Shown piece by piece: positions 46,833-55,663 of a stretch of 58,831 bases of DNA. The notes beneath the pieces were generated by a model, which saw only the letters and a list, made by a program, of their open reading frames with translations, was not told the DNA's origin and made no database searches. The DNA is from Acidimicrobiia bacterium (GTDB lineage Bacteria; Actinomycetota; Acidimicrobiia; Spongiisociales; ZC4RG35). The stretch spans positions 1-58,831 of the forward strand of contig JALSJV010000205.1 in the NCBI GenBank assembly GCA_026989215.1, written 5' to 3'. Numbering within the stretch: the stretch's first letter is position 1; the number at the start of each line of letters is the position of its first letter. A program made the position numbers and the translations under genes.

Positions 46833-48263
46833 ATGGACACACGAGGGGACATCGGGATCGTCGGACTCGGGGTGATGGGCCGCAACCTCGCCCTCAACCT
46901 CGCAGACCACGGCTACACCGTGGCGGTCTACAACCGAACCGCAGCCCGCACCCGGGACTTCGTCGCCGACGACGTCGCCGGACGGCCGGTGATCCCCACC
47001 TTCGAACTGGAAGAGCTCGTCGCCACGCTCCGCGCCCCCCGCATCGTGCTGCTCATGGTGGCGGCGGGCCCGCCCGTCGACCGAGTCGTCGACGCCCTCA
47101 CCCCCCTCCTGGACGAGGGCGACATCATCATCGACGGTGGGAACTCCCTCTACACCGACACCATCCGCCGGGTCGGTGAGGCCGAACGTCGCGGGCTGAG
47201 ATATGTGGGAATGGGGATCTCCGGCGGTGAGGAGGGCGCCCGGTACGGTCCATCGATCATGCCCGGAGGAACCCCGAGCGCCTGGGCCCACATCAGGGAC
47301 ATGTTCCAGGCGATCGCCGCCAAGACACCCGACGGGACGCCGTGCTGTGACTGGGTGGGGCCGGACGGGTCGGGCCACTACGTGAAGATGGTGCACAACG
47401 GCATCGAGTACGGCGACATGCAGCTCATCGCCGAAGCGTACGACCTGATGAAGGCGTCGGGCATGACACCGGCGGAGATGGCCGACGTCTTCGAGGGATG
47501 GGGCCGCGGCGTCCTCGACTCCTACCTGATCGACATCACTGCCCGCATCCTCACGGTCACCGACCCCGACGGCGTGCCGGTTCTCGACCGGATCCTCGAC
47601 GCGGCCGGGCAGAAGGGGACCGGGAAGTGGACGGTGATCTCCTCGATGGAGCTCGGCCAACCCGTGACCCTCGTCGCCGAGGCGGTCTACGCCCGGATCG
47701 TCTCCTCGCTGGTCGACCAACGCCGGTACGCGGCGACGAAGCTCCCCGGCCCCGAACGTTCACTGCCGAAGATGACCGACGACATCCACGACGCCCTCTA
47801 CGCGTCGAAGATCGTCTCCTACGCCCAGGGGTTCATGCTCATGGCGGCGGCCTCGGCGGAGCACGACTGGGATCTCGACCTCGGTCGCATCGCCGAGCTC
47901 TGGAGGGCCGGGTGCATCATCCGCGCCCGGTTCCTCGACGACATCTCCGCCGCCTACCGACGCCGACCCACCCTTCCCAACCTCATGCTGGACGAGTTCT
48001 TCGCCTCGGCGCTCTCGGACGCCCAGAGCGGCTGGCGGCGGGTGGTGGCGGAGGCGGTGACCCGCGGGCTCCCCGTGCCTGCGTACGCCACCGCCCTGAC
48101 CTTCTACGACTCGTATCGATCGGAGCGGCTGCCCGCGAACCTCATCCAGGCACAACGCGACTTCTTCGGCGCCCACACCTACGAACGAATCGACCGTCCC
48201 CGAGGGGAGTTCTTTCACACCGAGTGGACGGCCCCCGAGCGGGAGCGCCATCCCAGGTCGTAG
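46833..48263 (+). CDS. gnd: NADP-dependent 6-phosphogluconate dehydrogenase (decarboxylating)
   Basis: ORF 46833..48263. IGIVGLGVMGRNLALN NADP loop and GHYVKMVHNGIEYGDMQLI. Confidence 0.95.
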   Translation: MDTRGDIGIVGLGVMGRNLALNLADHGYTVAVYNRTAARTRDFVADDVAGRPVIPTFELEELVATLRAPRIVLLMVAAGPPVDRVVDALTPLLDEGDIIIDGGNSLYTDTIRRVGEAERRGLRYVGMGISGGEEGARYGPSIMPGGTPSAWAHIRDMFQAIAAKTPDGTPCCDWVGPDGSGHYVKMVHNGIEYGDMQLIAEAYDLMKASGMTPAEMADVFEGWGRGVLDSYLIDITARILTVTDPDGVPVLDRILDAAGQKGTGKWTVISSMELGQPVTLVAEAVYARIVSSLVDQRRYAATKLPGPERSLPKMTDDIHDALYASKIVSYAQGFMLMAAASAEHDWDLDLGRIAELWRAGCIIRARFLDDISAAYRRRPTLPNLMLDEFFASALSDAQSGWRRVVAEAVTRGLPVPAYATALTFYDSYRSERLPANLIQAQRDFFGAHTYERIDRPRGEFFHTEWTAPERERHPRS

Positions 48264-48269
48264 ACGGCG

Positions 48270-49202
48270 TCACCCCTCGCTCGGGGTCCGAGCCTCGAGG
48301 AGTCGCCGGATGTCGTCGACGACCATGTCCGGGCGACCCACCAGCTCGGCCCAGGTCACCCGGACCACCACCCATCCGTGGGCGAGTGCCTCCCGGTCAC
48401 GTCGACGGTCCCGTTCGAAGTCCGCCCGCCGAGTGTGCCAGCGCCGGGAATCCCATTCGATGCCGACACCGGCACGCGGGTAGGCGGCGTCGAACCGACG
48501 GTGCGGCGCCCACGGGATCGGAAACTGGAGGTGCGGATGCGGCAGGCCGCCGCGGAGCAGCACCGACCGTCCCTTCCGCTCGATCACGGTGAAGGTCACC
48601 GCCGGGATCCCCGAGCGCTCGGCGAGCACCGTCTTGATGAGCGCCGAGCCTCGCTTGCCGCGCCGCGCCAGCTCGTCGGTGATCTCGGCGATGTCGGCGA
48701 CGCGTAGCCTGCGGGCGGCGATGAGCTCGTCCACGACCTGTTCGAACAGCCGTGGATGCAGGACGCCGGCGAGATCGAACACCGTCCGGATCAGCGTCGT
48801 CACCGGAAGGCCCGCCCGTCGTTCGATGTGATGTTCGGCGAGGTCACGGGTGCGATGGACCTTCACCCCGGGGAGACGGTGGGCGGCCGAGGCGTGGACG
48901 GTGACCGACACCGGCTCGGCAGGCACCATCGGGATCGCGTGGAGCTCGGCGGCCGACTGGTGCGAGACGACGGCACCCCGAAGACCGAGCACCGCACCCC
49001 ACAGCAGGGAGCGTCGATCGCCGGGCTCCACCAGCCGATAGGCGTCGCCCGGCTGCCGAACCCAGGCTCCGGTCCGGAGCCGGTACTTGATCTGATCGGG
49101 CGTGAATCCGAGGGCGAGCGCTTGGTCGCGACCGATGACCCCGCCCTGGGCGAAGGCAGTCTGCAAGATGTTGCGCTCGATGGCGATATGTGAACGTGAC
49201 AT
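48270..49202 (-). CDS. AbiEi-like N-terminal domain + DUF559 (Vsr/restriction-endonuclease-like) protein
   Basis: C-terminal 310 aa of ORF 48270..49685 from ATG 49202. The N-terminus GVIGRDQALALGFTPDQIKYRLRTGAW is antitoxin-like wHTH. The C-terminal region IEWDSRRWH...DRRRDREALAHGWVVVRVTW is DUF559-like. Confidence 0.75.
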   Translation of the reverse strand: MSRSHIAIERNILQTAFAQGGVIGRDQALALGFTPDQIKYRLRTGAWVRQPGDAYRLVEPGDRRSLLWGAVLGLRGAVVSHQSAAELHAIPMVPAEPVSVTVHASAAHRLPGVKVHRTRDLAEHHIERRAGLPVTTLIRTVFDLAGVLHPRLFEQVVDELIAARRLRVADIAEITDELARRGKRGSALIKTVLAERSGIPAVTFTVIERKGRSVLLRGGLPHPHLQFPIPWAPHRRFDAAYPRAGVGIEWDSRRWHTRRADFERDRRRDREALAHGWVVVRVTWAELVGRPDMVVDDIRRLLEARTPSEG

Positions 49203-49256
49203 GCGTCGATGATGCGGCACCGGTGTGACAGATCGTCGCGAGACGAGATTCGGCAC

Positions 49257-49311
49257 CGAACCCTGGGTCGTGGAGGGAAGTGACCACCCTTGGGAACCCT
49301 GGGTTCGCCGG
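49257..49311. repeat. pair of palindrome-cored boxes (CGAACCCTGGGTCG and GGGAACCCTGGGTTCGCCGG), 36 nt apart
   Basis: The second box contains the perfect 13-nt palindrome GAACCCTGGGTTC (49294-49306). The element aligns in reverse orientation with the 51-nt unit at 50557-50607. Confidence 0.8.
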
Positions 49312-49329
49312 TCGATCTCGGCGGTGATG

Positions 49330-50520
49330 TCATACCGGGGGCAGACCGTCCACCGGCACTGGCTCGCTCTCGTCCACCTCGTCCCGGCGAACGCCGAGCA
49401 GGAAGAGGATGGCATCGAGGTACGGCACCGAAAGCGAAGTGTCGGCAGCGTCCCGAGCCGCCGGCTTGGCGTTGAACGCCACGCCCAACCCTGCGGTGGC
49501 GAGCATCTCGACGTCGTTCGCCCCATCCCCGACCGCCACCACCTGATCGAGAGGAATCCCTTGCTCGGCCGCGACCTCCCGCAGGATGGCCGCCTTCCGC
49601 TCCCGATCCACCACCGGCCCGATGATCCGACCGGTGAGTCGCCCTCCTTCGATCTCCAACTCGTTGGCGACGGCCCGATCCACACCGAGGTCCTCGGCGA
49701 TCCGATCGACGAACACGCTGAAGCCGCCCGACACGATGGCGGTCTTCATGCCCATCCGCTGCAGCGTACGGATGAACGTCCGGGCTCCCGGAGTCAGCCG
49801 GATCCGCCGCCGAACCCGCTCGAGGGCCAGCTCGTCCAGACCCGCCAGGCGACGGACCCGCTCGGCGAGCGCCTCGGCGAAGTCGAGCTCGCCTGCCATC
49901 GCCCGGGCGGTGATCTCCGCCACCTCGGCTTCCACTCCGGCCTCCGCGGCCAGCAGGTCGATCACCTCGTCCTGGACGAGGGTCGAGTCGACGTCGAGCA
50001 CGACGAGCCGCTTCGCCCGGCGGGTCAGTCCCTCGGGCTGCACGGCCACGTCGACGCCGTGGTCGACGGCCACGGCGGACAGGTCGGCCCGGATGCGGAC
50101 CGGATCACCGCCCCGCACACCGATCTCGTAGGACACGACCGGGTAGCGGGAGAGGCGGGAGATCCGCTCGATGTTTCCGCCGGCGTCGGCGATGGCCTGA
50201 GCCACCGCCCCGAACGCCGCCGGGCCCACACCTGGCCCGATCACGGTGACCACCGTCTCCACGCCGCGTTCGGGCGGCGCGTCTTCGACGACCTCGAAAT
50301 CGATGTCGAGACCCGCCTGCCAGGCGTGGAACAGCAGGTTCTTGATGGTCGACCGACCCTCGGGCACGGCGATCAGCAGCCCCAGGGCCAGCCGACCGCG
50401 AACGACGACCTGCTCCACGTCGTAGAGCTCGACACCTTCGGCAGCGAGGACCTTCATCAACCCGGCGGTGATGCCGGGGCGGTCCATCCCACCGACACGA
50501 ACGAGGATCGTCTCGGCCAC
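49330..50520 (-). CDS. serB: phosphoserine phosphatase with two N-terminal ACT domains (SerB2 type)
   Basis: ORF 49330..50520. ACT-like repeats followed by HAD motifs VLDVDSTL, IVSGGF and GDGANDVEM. Confidence 0.9.
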   Translation of the reverse strand: MAETILVRVGGMDRPGITAGLMKVLAAEGVELYDVEQVVVRGRLALGLLIAVPEGRSTIKNLLFHAWQAGLDIDFEVVEDAPPERGVETVVTVIGPGVGPAAFGAVAQAIADAGGNIERISRLSRYPVVSYEIGVRGGDPVRIRADLSAVAVDHGVDVAVQPEGLTRRAKRLVVLDVDSTLVQDEVIDLLAAEAGVEAEVAEITARAMAGELDFAEALAERVRRLAGLDELALERVRRRIRLTPGARTFIRTLQRMGMKTAIVSGGFSVFVDRIAEDLGVDRAVANELEIEGGRLTGRIIGPVVDRERKAAILREVAAEQGIPLDQVVAVGDGANDVEMLATAGLGVAFNAKPAARDAADTSLSVPYLDAILFLLGVRRDEVDESEPVPVDGLPPV

Positions 50521-50556
50521 GGGGCCAGATTAGGGACCGCGTCTCTCACGAACGGA

Positions 50557-50676
50557 ACCCAGGGTCCCCGAAGGCACCCCCTCCCCCACCGAACCCAGGG
50601 TTGCCGGGTCGGCGACACGCCCCCGACCCAGGGTCCCCAAAGGCACCCCCTCCCCCACCGAACCCAGGGTTGCCGG
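50557..50676. repeat. tandem duplication of a 51-nt element (69-nt period), four ACCCAGGGT boxes
   Basis: Unit ACCCAGGGTCCCC[G/A]AAGGCACCCCCTCCCCCACCGAACCCAGGGTTGCCGG occurs twice (50/51 identical), separated by 18 nt. My base count and the ORF-track anchors disagree by 1 nt in this spacer, so I used the track-anchored coordinates (+/-1 nt). Confidence 0.85.
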
Positions 50677-50701
50677 AACGAGGGCCGCGTAACCTGGGGG
50701 C

Positions 50702-51901
50702 ATGTGCGACACCGTGGTGGTGCTCTCTCCCAAGGGCGTGCTGTTCGCCAAGAACAGCGACCGCGACCCCAACGAGGCGCAGATCGTCGAACGGCATCCG
50801 GCCGCCGACCATCCACCCGACTCCCTCGTCCGAGCCACCTGGATGGAGATCCCCCAGGCCCGCCACACCCACGCCGTCATCCTCTCCCGGCCGTTCTGGA
50901 TGTGGGGAGCCGAGATGGGAGCGAACGAGCACGGGGTCGTCGCCGGCAACGAGGCCGTCTTCACCGACCAGCCCTATGAAGAGATCGGCCTCACCGGGAT
51001 GGACCTGCTCCGGCTGGGCCTCGAACGGGGCCGGACCGCCACCGAGACGGTCTCGGTCATCATCGAGCTGCTCGAACGACACGGCCAAGGAGGGGGATGC
51101 GGACTGGAGCGTCCATCGTTCACCTACCACAACTCCTTCATCGTCGCCGACCCGGAACAGGCCTACGTCCTCGAGACGGCGGGCCGTCGATGGGCGACGG
51201 AAGAGGTCCGCACCGGGGTGAGATCGATCTCGAACGGCCTCACCATCCCCGGATTCGCCGAAACCCACTCCGATCGCGTCAAGACGAGGCTCTCCGCCTG
51301 TCGGGTCCGACGTGCCCGCACCGAGGCGAGCGCCGCCGAGGCCACCGGCCCCGCCGAGATGTTCTCGGTCCTCCGAGACCACGGCCCGACCCCGCGATAC
51401 CGTCTGCTCACCGGCGGAATGGACGCGCCCTGCATGCACGCCGGAGGCCTCGTCGCCTCCTCCCAGACGACCGCCTCCTGGGTCTCCGACCTGACATCGG
51501 GTCTGCACTGGGTCACCGGGACCGCCGCCCCGTGCACGGGGATCTTCAAGCCGGTCCGGGTGACCGAGCCCGTGGACCTCGGCCCCCCGCCCGACGACCG
51601 TTTCGACCCGAACACGGTGTGGTGGCGTCACGAACGCTTCCACCGGACGGTGATGCGGGACCCGGAAGCGGCGTTCCCCCGGTTCGAAGCCGAACGGGAC
51701 GAGGTTGAACGGGAATGGTTGGCCGACCCCCCGCCGACCGACGAGGCCTTCGAGATGGCCGAACGGCTCGCCCGCACCTGGCTCGACCGGATCGGCCAGG
51801 TCGAAGACCGACGACCCTGGTGGGTCCGACGCTACTGGGCGATCCGCGACCGGCGGGCCGGCCTCCCCGATGCCAAACGACCGGCCGTCGCCGACCGGTA
51901 G
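50702..51901 (+). CDS. Ntn-hydrolase, peptidase C69/secernin-like (N-terminal Cys nucleophile)
   Basis: ORF 50702..51901. Starts MCDTVVVL..AKNSDRDPNEAQ, the typical Met-Cys start of C69-type dipeptidases. Confidence 0.7.
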   Translation: MCDTVVVLSPKGVLFAKNSDRDPNEAQIVERHPAADHPPDSLVRATWMEIPQARHTHAVILSRPFWMWGAEMGANEHGVVAGNEAVFTDQPYEEIGLTGMDLLRLGLERGRTATETVSVIIELLERHGQGGGCGLERPSFTYHNSFIVADPEQAYVLETAGRRWATEEVRTGVRSISNGLTIPGFAETHSDRVKTRLSACRVRRARTEASAAEATGPAEMFSVLRDHGPTPRYRLLTGGMDAPCMHAGGLVASSQTTASWVSDLTSGLHWVTGTAAPCTGIFKPVRVTEPVDLGPPPDDRFDPNTVWWRHERFHRTVMRDPEAAFPRFEAERDEVEREWLADPPPTDEAFEMAERLARTWLDRIGQVEDRRPWWVRRYWAIRDRRAGLPDAKRPAVADR

Positions 51902-51931
51902 CATCGCCGGGTCCATCGACCAGAGGTCCAC

Positions 51932-54511
51932 GTGTCCGACAACCCCCACCGTCTGCCGCGCACCGTCATCCCCCACCGGTACGAGCTTCGGCTCGAACCC
52001 GACCTGGTCGCCGCCGCCTTCAACGGAAGCGAAGAGGTGACGGTCTCGATCCGGGAACGCACCGACGAGATCGTGCTCAACGCCGTCGACCTCGACATCG
52101 TCGAGGCCGCCGTGACGATCGACGGTCGACGGATCGGCGCCACGGTCTCCTACGACGAGCCCAACCAGCGGGCGACGCTGCACCTCGCCGAGCCCGCCGG
52201 ACCCGGAGAGGGAACGGTCTCCCTCCGGTTCTCGGGGATCCTCAACGACCAGCTCCACGGGTTCTACCGGTCCACCTTCACCGATGTCGACGGGACCGAG
52301 CAGGTGATCGCCACCACGCAGTTCGAAGCGACCGACGCCCGACGGGCGTTCCCCTGTTGGGACGAGCCCGACCTGAAGGCGGTCTTCTCGATCACCCTCG
52401 TCGTCCCCGACGACCTGCTGGCGGTCTCGAACGGCCCCGAGATCGCCCGCCGACCCCTCTCGGACGGTCGCGTGGAGATCCGGTTCGCCGACACGATGAA
52501 GATGTCGACCTATCTGGTGGCCTTCGTCGTCGGACCCTTCGACGTCACCGAGCCGGTGGACGCAGGCGGCGTCCCCCTGCGGGTCGTCGCACCCCGCGGC
52601 AAACTGCACCTCGCCGACTACGCCCTCCGCTGCGGCGAGTTCTGTCTCCGCTACCTCGCCGACTACTACGGGATCGCCTACCCGGGTGAGAAGGTGGACA
52701 TGGTGGCGATCCCGGACTTCGCCTTCGGGGCGATGGAGAACCTCGGATGCATCACCTTCCGGGAGAGCGCACTGTTGATGGACGACGAGTTGGCGACCAC
52801 CTCGGAGAGGCTTCGGATCCTCGACGTGATCGGCCATGAGCTCGCCCACATGTGGTTCGGCGACCTCGTCACGATGGAATGGTGGGACGGGATCTGGCTC
52901 AACGAGGCCTTCGCCAGCTTCATGGAGTTGAAGGCGACCGACGCCATGCGTCCCGACTGGAAACGCTGGCTGCTGTTCGCCGCCTCCGAACGGCCCTGGG
53001 CCTTCCAGGTCGACGCCCTCCACAGCACCCGCCCCGTCGAGTTCGAGGTGCGGTCCCCCGACGAGGCGAACGAGATGTTCGACGCCCTCACCTACGGCAA
53101 GGGATGCTCGGTGCTGAGGATGATCGAACAGTTCATGGGCGAGGACGCCTTCCGCGACGGGGTCGGGCGGTACCTACGGAACCACGCCTACGCCAACACG
53201 GTCACCGAGGATCTGTGGGCGGGTCTCGAAGGGGCGTCGGAGCTCCCCGTCGGTGAGATCATGGACACCTGGATCCATCAACCGGGGTTCCCCTCACTCG
53301 CCGTCGAGGTCGACGACGGCCTCCTCCGCATCCGGCAACGACGGTTCCTCACCCTGGGCGACGACGACGGAACGATCTGGAAGGTTCCCGTGCAGCTCCG
53401 CGGTGAGCGCGGGGGCAGGCCCTTCCGGCGGAAGGTGGTCCTCACCGAGGGGGAGACCACGGTCACCGTCGACGGTCCGATCGACTGGGTGCTGGCGAAC
53501 GCCGGAGGGCACGGGTTCTACCGGGTTGCCTACGACGAACGACTGGGGAAGGCGCTGATCGACAGACTGGAGGAGCTCGAAGACCTCGAGCGGTACTGCC
53601 TGATCGACGACGCCTGGGCCTTCGTCGAAGCAGGGACCCTGACCGCCGCCGCCTACCTCGAGCTCGCCGCCGCCTACCGTGACGAACGGGAACAGGGGGT
53701 TTGGCAGACGATCTTCCGCGGCCTCGGCGCCCTGGGCCATCATCTCGTCGACGATCGCCACCGACCCGCCTTCCGACGCGTGGTCCATGAACTGCTCGCC
53801 GTCGTCGCGGCGCGGCTCGGCTGGCAGCCCAGGGCGGATGAGGACGACCGGTCACGGCGGCTCCGAGGCCAGGTGGTGGACGCCCTCGGCCGTATGGTGG
53901 AAGACCCCGACACGGTCGCCCGATGCCGAGAGTTGTACGAACGGTGGCGGGACGACCGCTCCGACCTCGACCCCGACGTCGCCCAGGCGGCCCTCTTCAC
54001 CACCGCAGCCCACGGGGACGACGACACATACACCGCGATGTTCTCGATGTACGAGTCGGCCTCCACCCCCCAGGACCAGCTCAAGCTGCTGCTGGCGTTG
54101 ACGCTGTTCGACCGGGAGTCGACCGTCGAACGCACCTTCGAAGCGGTCCTCGACGGACGCATCCGGAGCCAGGACGCGGCATGGGTGGTGGGCCGTCTCC
54201 TCGGCGGGAAGGCGACGGGACCCTACGCCTGGGGACGGGTGAAGGAGCGTTGGAAGGACCTGGTCGCCGCCATGCCGCCCCTCACCGTGCGCAGGATGCT
54301 CGAAGGCGCCTCGGGTGCTCCCGACCCCGGTGGCCTGGCCGCCCTCTCGGATCCCGAGGTCGCCGCCGACGTGGAAGCCTTCTTCTCCGATCGGGAGATG
54401 CCCGGGGCCCAGAAGGCCCTCACCCAGTCCCTCGAACGCCTCCGGGCCAACGTCGCGCTTCGGAGCAGGGAACGGGACCGGCTTGGTCGGTATCTCGCCG
54501 GGCGGGCCTGA
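51932..54511 (+). CDS. pepN: aminopeptidase N (M1 family)
   Basis: ORF 51932..54511 (GTG start). GAMEN exopeptidase motif and HELAHMWFG...E zinc site. Confidence 0.95.
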   Translation: MSDNPHRLPRTVIPHRYELRLEPDLVAAAFNGSEEVTVSIRERTDEIVLNAVDLDIVEAAVTIDGRRIGATVSYDEPNQRATLHLAEPAGPGEGTVSLRFSGILNDQLHGFYRSTFTDVDGTEQVIATTQFEATDARRAFPCWDEPDLKAVFSITLVVPDDLLAVSNGPEIARRPLSDGRVEIRFADTMKMSTYLVAFVVGPFDVTEPVDAGGVPLRVVAPRGKLHLADYALRCGEFCLRYLADYYGIAYPGEKVDMVAIPDFAFGAMENLGCITFRESALLMDDELATTSERLRILDVIGHELAHMWFGDLVTMEWWDGIWLNEAFASFMELKATDAMRPDWKRWLLFAASERPWAFQVDALHSTRPVEFEVRSPDEANEMFDALTYGKGCSVLRMIEQFMGEDAFRDGVGRYLRNHAYANTVTEDLWAGLEGASELPVGEIMDTWIHQPGFPSLAVEVDDGLLRIRQRRFLTLGDDDGTIWKVPVQLRGERGGRPFRRKVVLTEGETTVTVDGPIDWVLANAGGHGFYRVAYDERLGKALIDRLEELEDLERYCLIDDAWAFVEAGTLTAAAYLELAAAYRDEREQGVWQTIFRGLGALGHHLVDDRHRPAFRRVVHELLAVVAARLGWQPRADEDDRSRRLRGQVVDALGRMVEDPDTVARCRELYERWRDDRSDLDPDVAQAALFTTAAHGDDDTYTAMFSMYESASTPQDQLKLLLALTLFDRESTVERTFEAVLDGRIRSQDAAWVVGRLLGGKATGPYAWGRVKERWKDLVAAMPPLTVRRMLEGASGAPDPGGLAALSDPEVAADVEAFFSDREMPGAQKALTQSLERLRANVALRSRERDRLGRYLAGRA

Positions 54512-54517
54512 ACACGA

Positions 54518-54547
54518 ACGATGCCCCGGCGATCGCCGGGGCATCGT
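54518..54547. terminator. bidirectional hairpin between pepN and rplL
   Basis: ACGATGCCCCGGCGA/TCGCCGGGGCATCGT: a perfect 30-nt palindrome between the convergent stops at 54511 and 54566. Confidence 0.7.
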
Positions 54548-54565
54548 CGTCCGAACCGGTCGGCG

Positions 54566-54952
54566 TCACTTGAGCTCGACGGTGGCGCCGACGCCTTCGA
54601 GGGCCTCCTTGGCCTTCTCCGCCGTCTCCTTGTCGACCCCCTCGAGGACCGGCTTGGGGGCGTTGTCCACGAGGTCCTTCGCCTCCTTGAGGCCGAGGCT
54701 CGTCAGCGACCGGACCTCCTTGATCACCTGGATCTTCTGGGATCCGGCGGCGACGAGCACCACATCGAACTCGTCCTTCTCCTCGGCAGCCGCCTCGGCG
54801 GGCGCTCCGGGCGCTCCGGCGGCGGCCACCGCCACCGGGGCGGCTGCGGTCACGTCGAAACGCTCCTCGAACGCGTCGAGGAACTCCTTCAGCTCGAGGA
54901 CGGTCATCTCCTCGAACACACTGAGCAGCTCTTCGGTCGTCATCTTGGCCAT
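54566..54952 (-). CDS. rplL: 50S ribosomal protein L7/L12
   Basis: ORF 54566..54952. [24 protein letters not shown]..., Ala/Pro hinge, and GLKEAKDLV. Confidence 0.97.
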   Translation of the reverse strand: MAKMTTEELLSVFEEMTVLELKEFLDAFEERFDVTAAAPVAVAAAGAPGAPAEAAAEEKDEFDVVLVAAGSQKIQVIKEVRSLTSLGLKEAKDLVDNAPKPVLEGVDKETAEKAKEALEGVGATVELK

Positions 54953-54955
54953 GGT

Positions 54956-55663
54956 TCAGTCCTCCTCACCGTCGGCTTCCGCCGCCGGGGTCTCATCGGG
55001 GGTCTCGTCCGAGCCCGTGGGCTCGTCGTCGGGAGCGGTCTCGGCGTCGGCCGCAGCCTCCGCGTCGGCCGAGGCCTCCTGCGGGGCGGGCTCCTCCGAC
55101 GGGACCGAGTCGCCGTCGTCGGATGGCGATCCGGCCGGGACCTCCCCCGACTCCTTCTTCTCGAGCAGCTGCGAGAACATCGAAGCGGCGTCGCGCGTGA
55201 AGGACGACAGCAGCCCGGCGAAGTTGGCGAGCGGCGCCTTCGCGGCGCCGGCGATCTTCGCCAGCAGCACCTCGCGCGGTTCGATCTCGGCGAGACGGGC
55301 GATGTCCTCGGGTTTGAGGATGTTGCCCGAGAAATACCCCGCCTTCACGACGAGCTGGTCGTGCTCCTTGGCGAAATCCCGCAGGGCCTTGGCGGCGCCG
55401 ACCGGATCCTCCTGGGCGAACGCCAGCGCCATCGGACCGGAGAGGTACTCCCCGATCCCCTCGATCCCCGCGGCATCGGCGGCGAGCCGCGCCAAGGTCA
55501 CCTTGACGACCTTGTACTCGGCCCCCGCCTCCCGCAGGCTGCGGCGGAGCTGCTGCATCTCGCCGACGTCGAGCCCGCGGTACTCCGTCAGGAAGACCGC
55601 CTCGGCCTGTTCGAGCCGTTCCCTGATGTCCTCGACTGCCCGGACCTTCTCAGGTCGTGGCAT
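54956..55663 (-). CDS. rplJ: 50S ribosomal protein L10 with ~65-aa acidic C-terminal tail
   Basis: ATG 55663 (GAGGAGGAG RBS) within ORF 54956..55684. The L10 core runs to ...SMFSQLLEKK and is followed by a D/E/P/A/T/S-rich tail. Confidence 0.93.
   Translation of the reverse strand: MPRPEKVRAVEDIRERLEQAEAVFLTEYRGLDVGEMQQLRRSLREAGAEYKVVKVTLARLAADAAGIEGIGEYLSGPMALAFAQEDPVGAAKALRDFAKEHDQLVVKAGYFSGNILKPEDIARLAEIEPREVLLAKIAGAAKAPLANFAGLLSSFTRDAASMFSQLLEKKESGEVPAGSPSDDGDSVPSEEPAPQEASADAEAAADAETAPDDEPTGSDETPDETPAAEADGEED

Noticed and set aside
50557-50676. Possible mini-CRISPR array
   Set aside because: There are only two 51-nt units with an 18-nt gap, and no cas genes. The units themselves contain internal paired boxes and have diverged relatives in two other spacers, which is inconsistent with repeat-spacer architecture.
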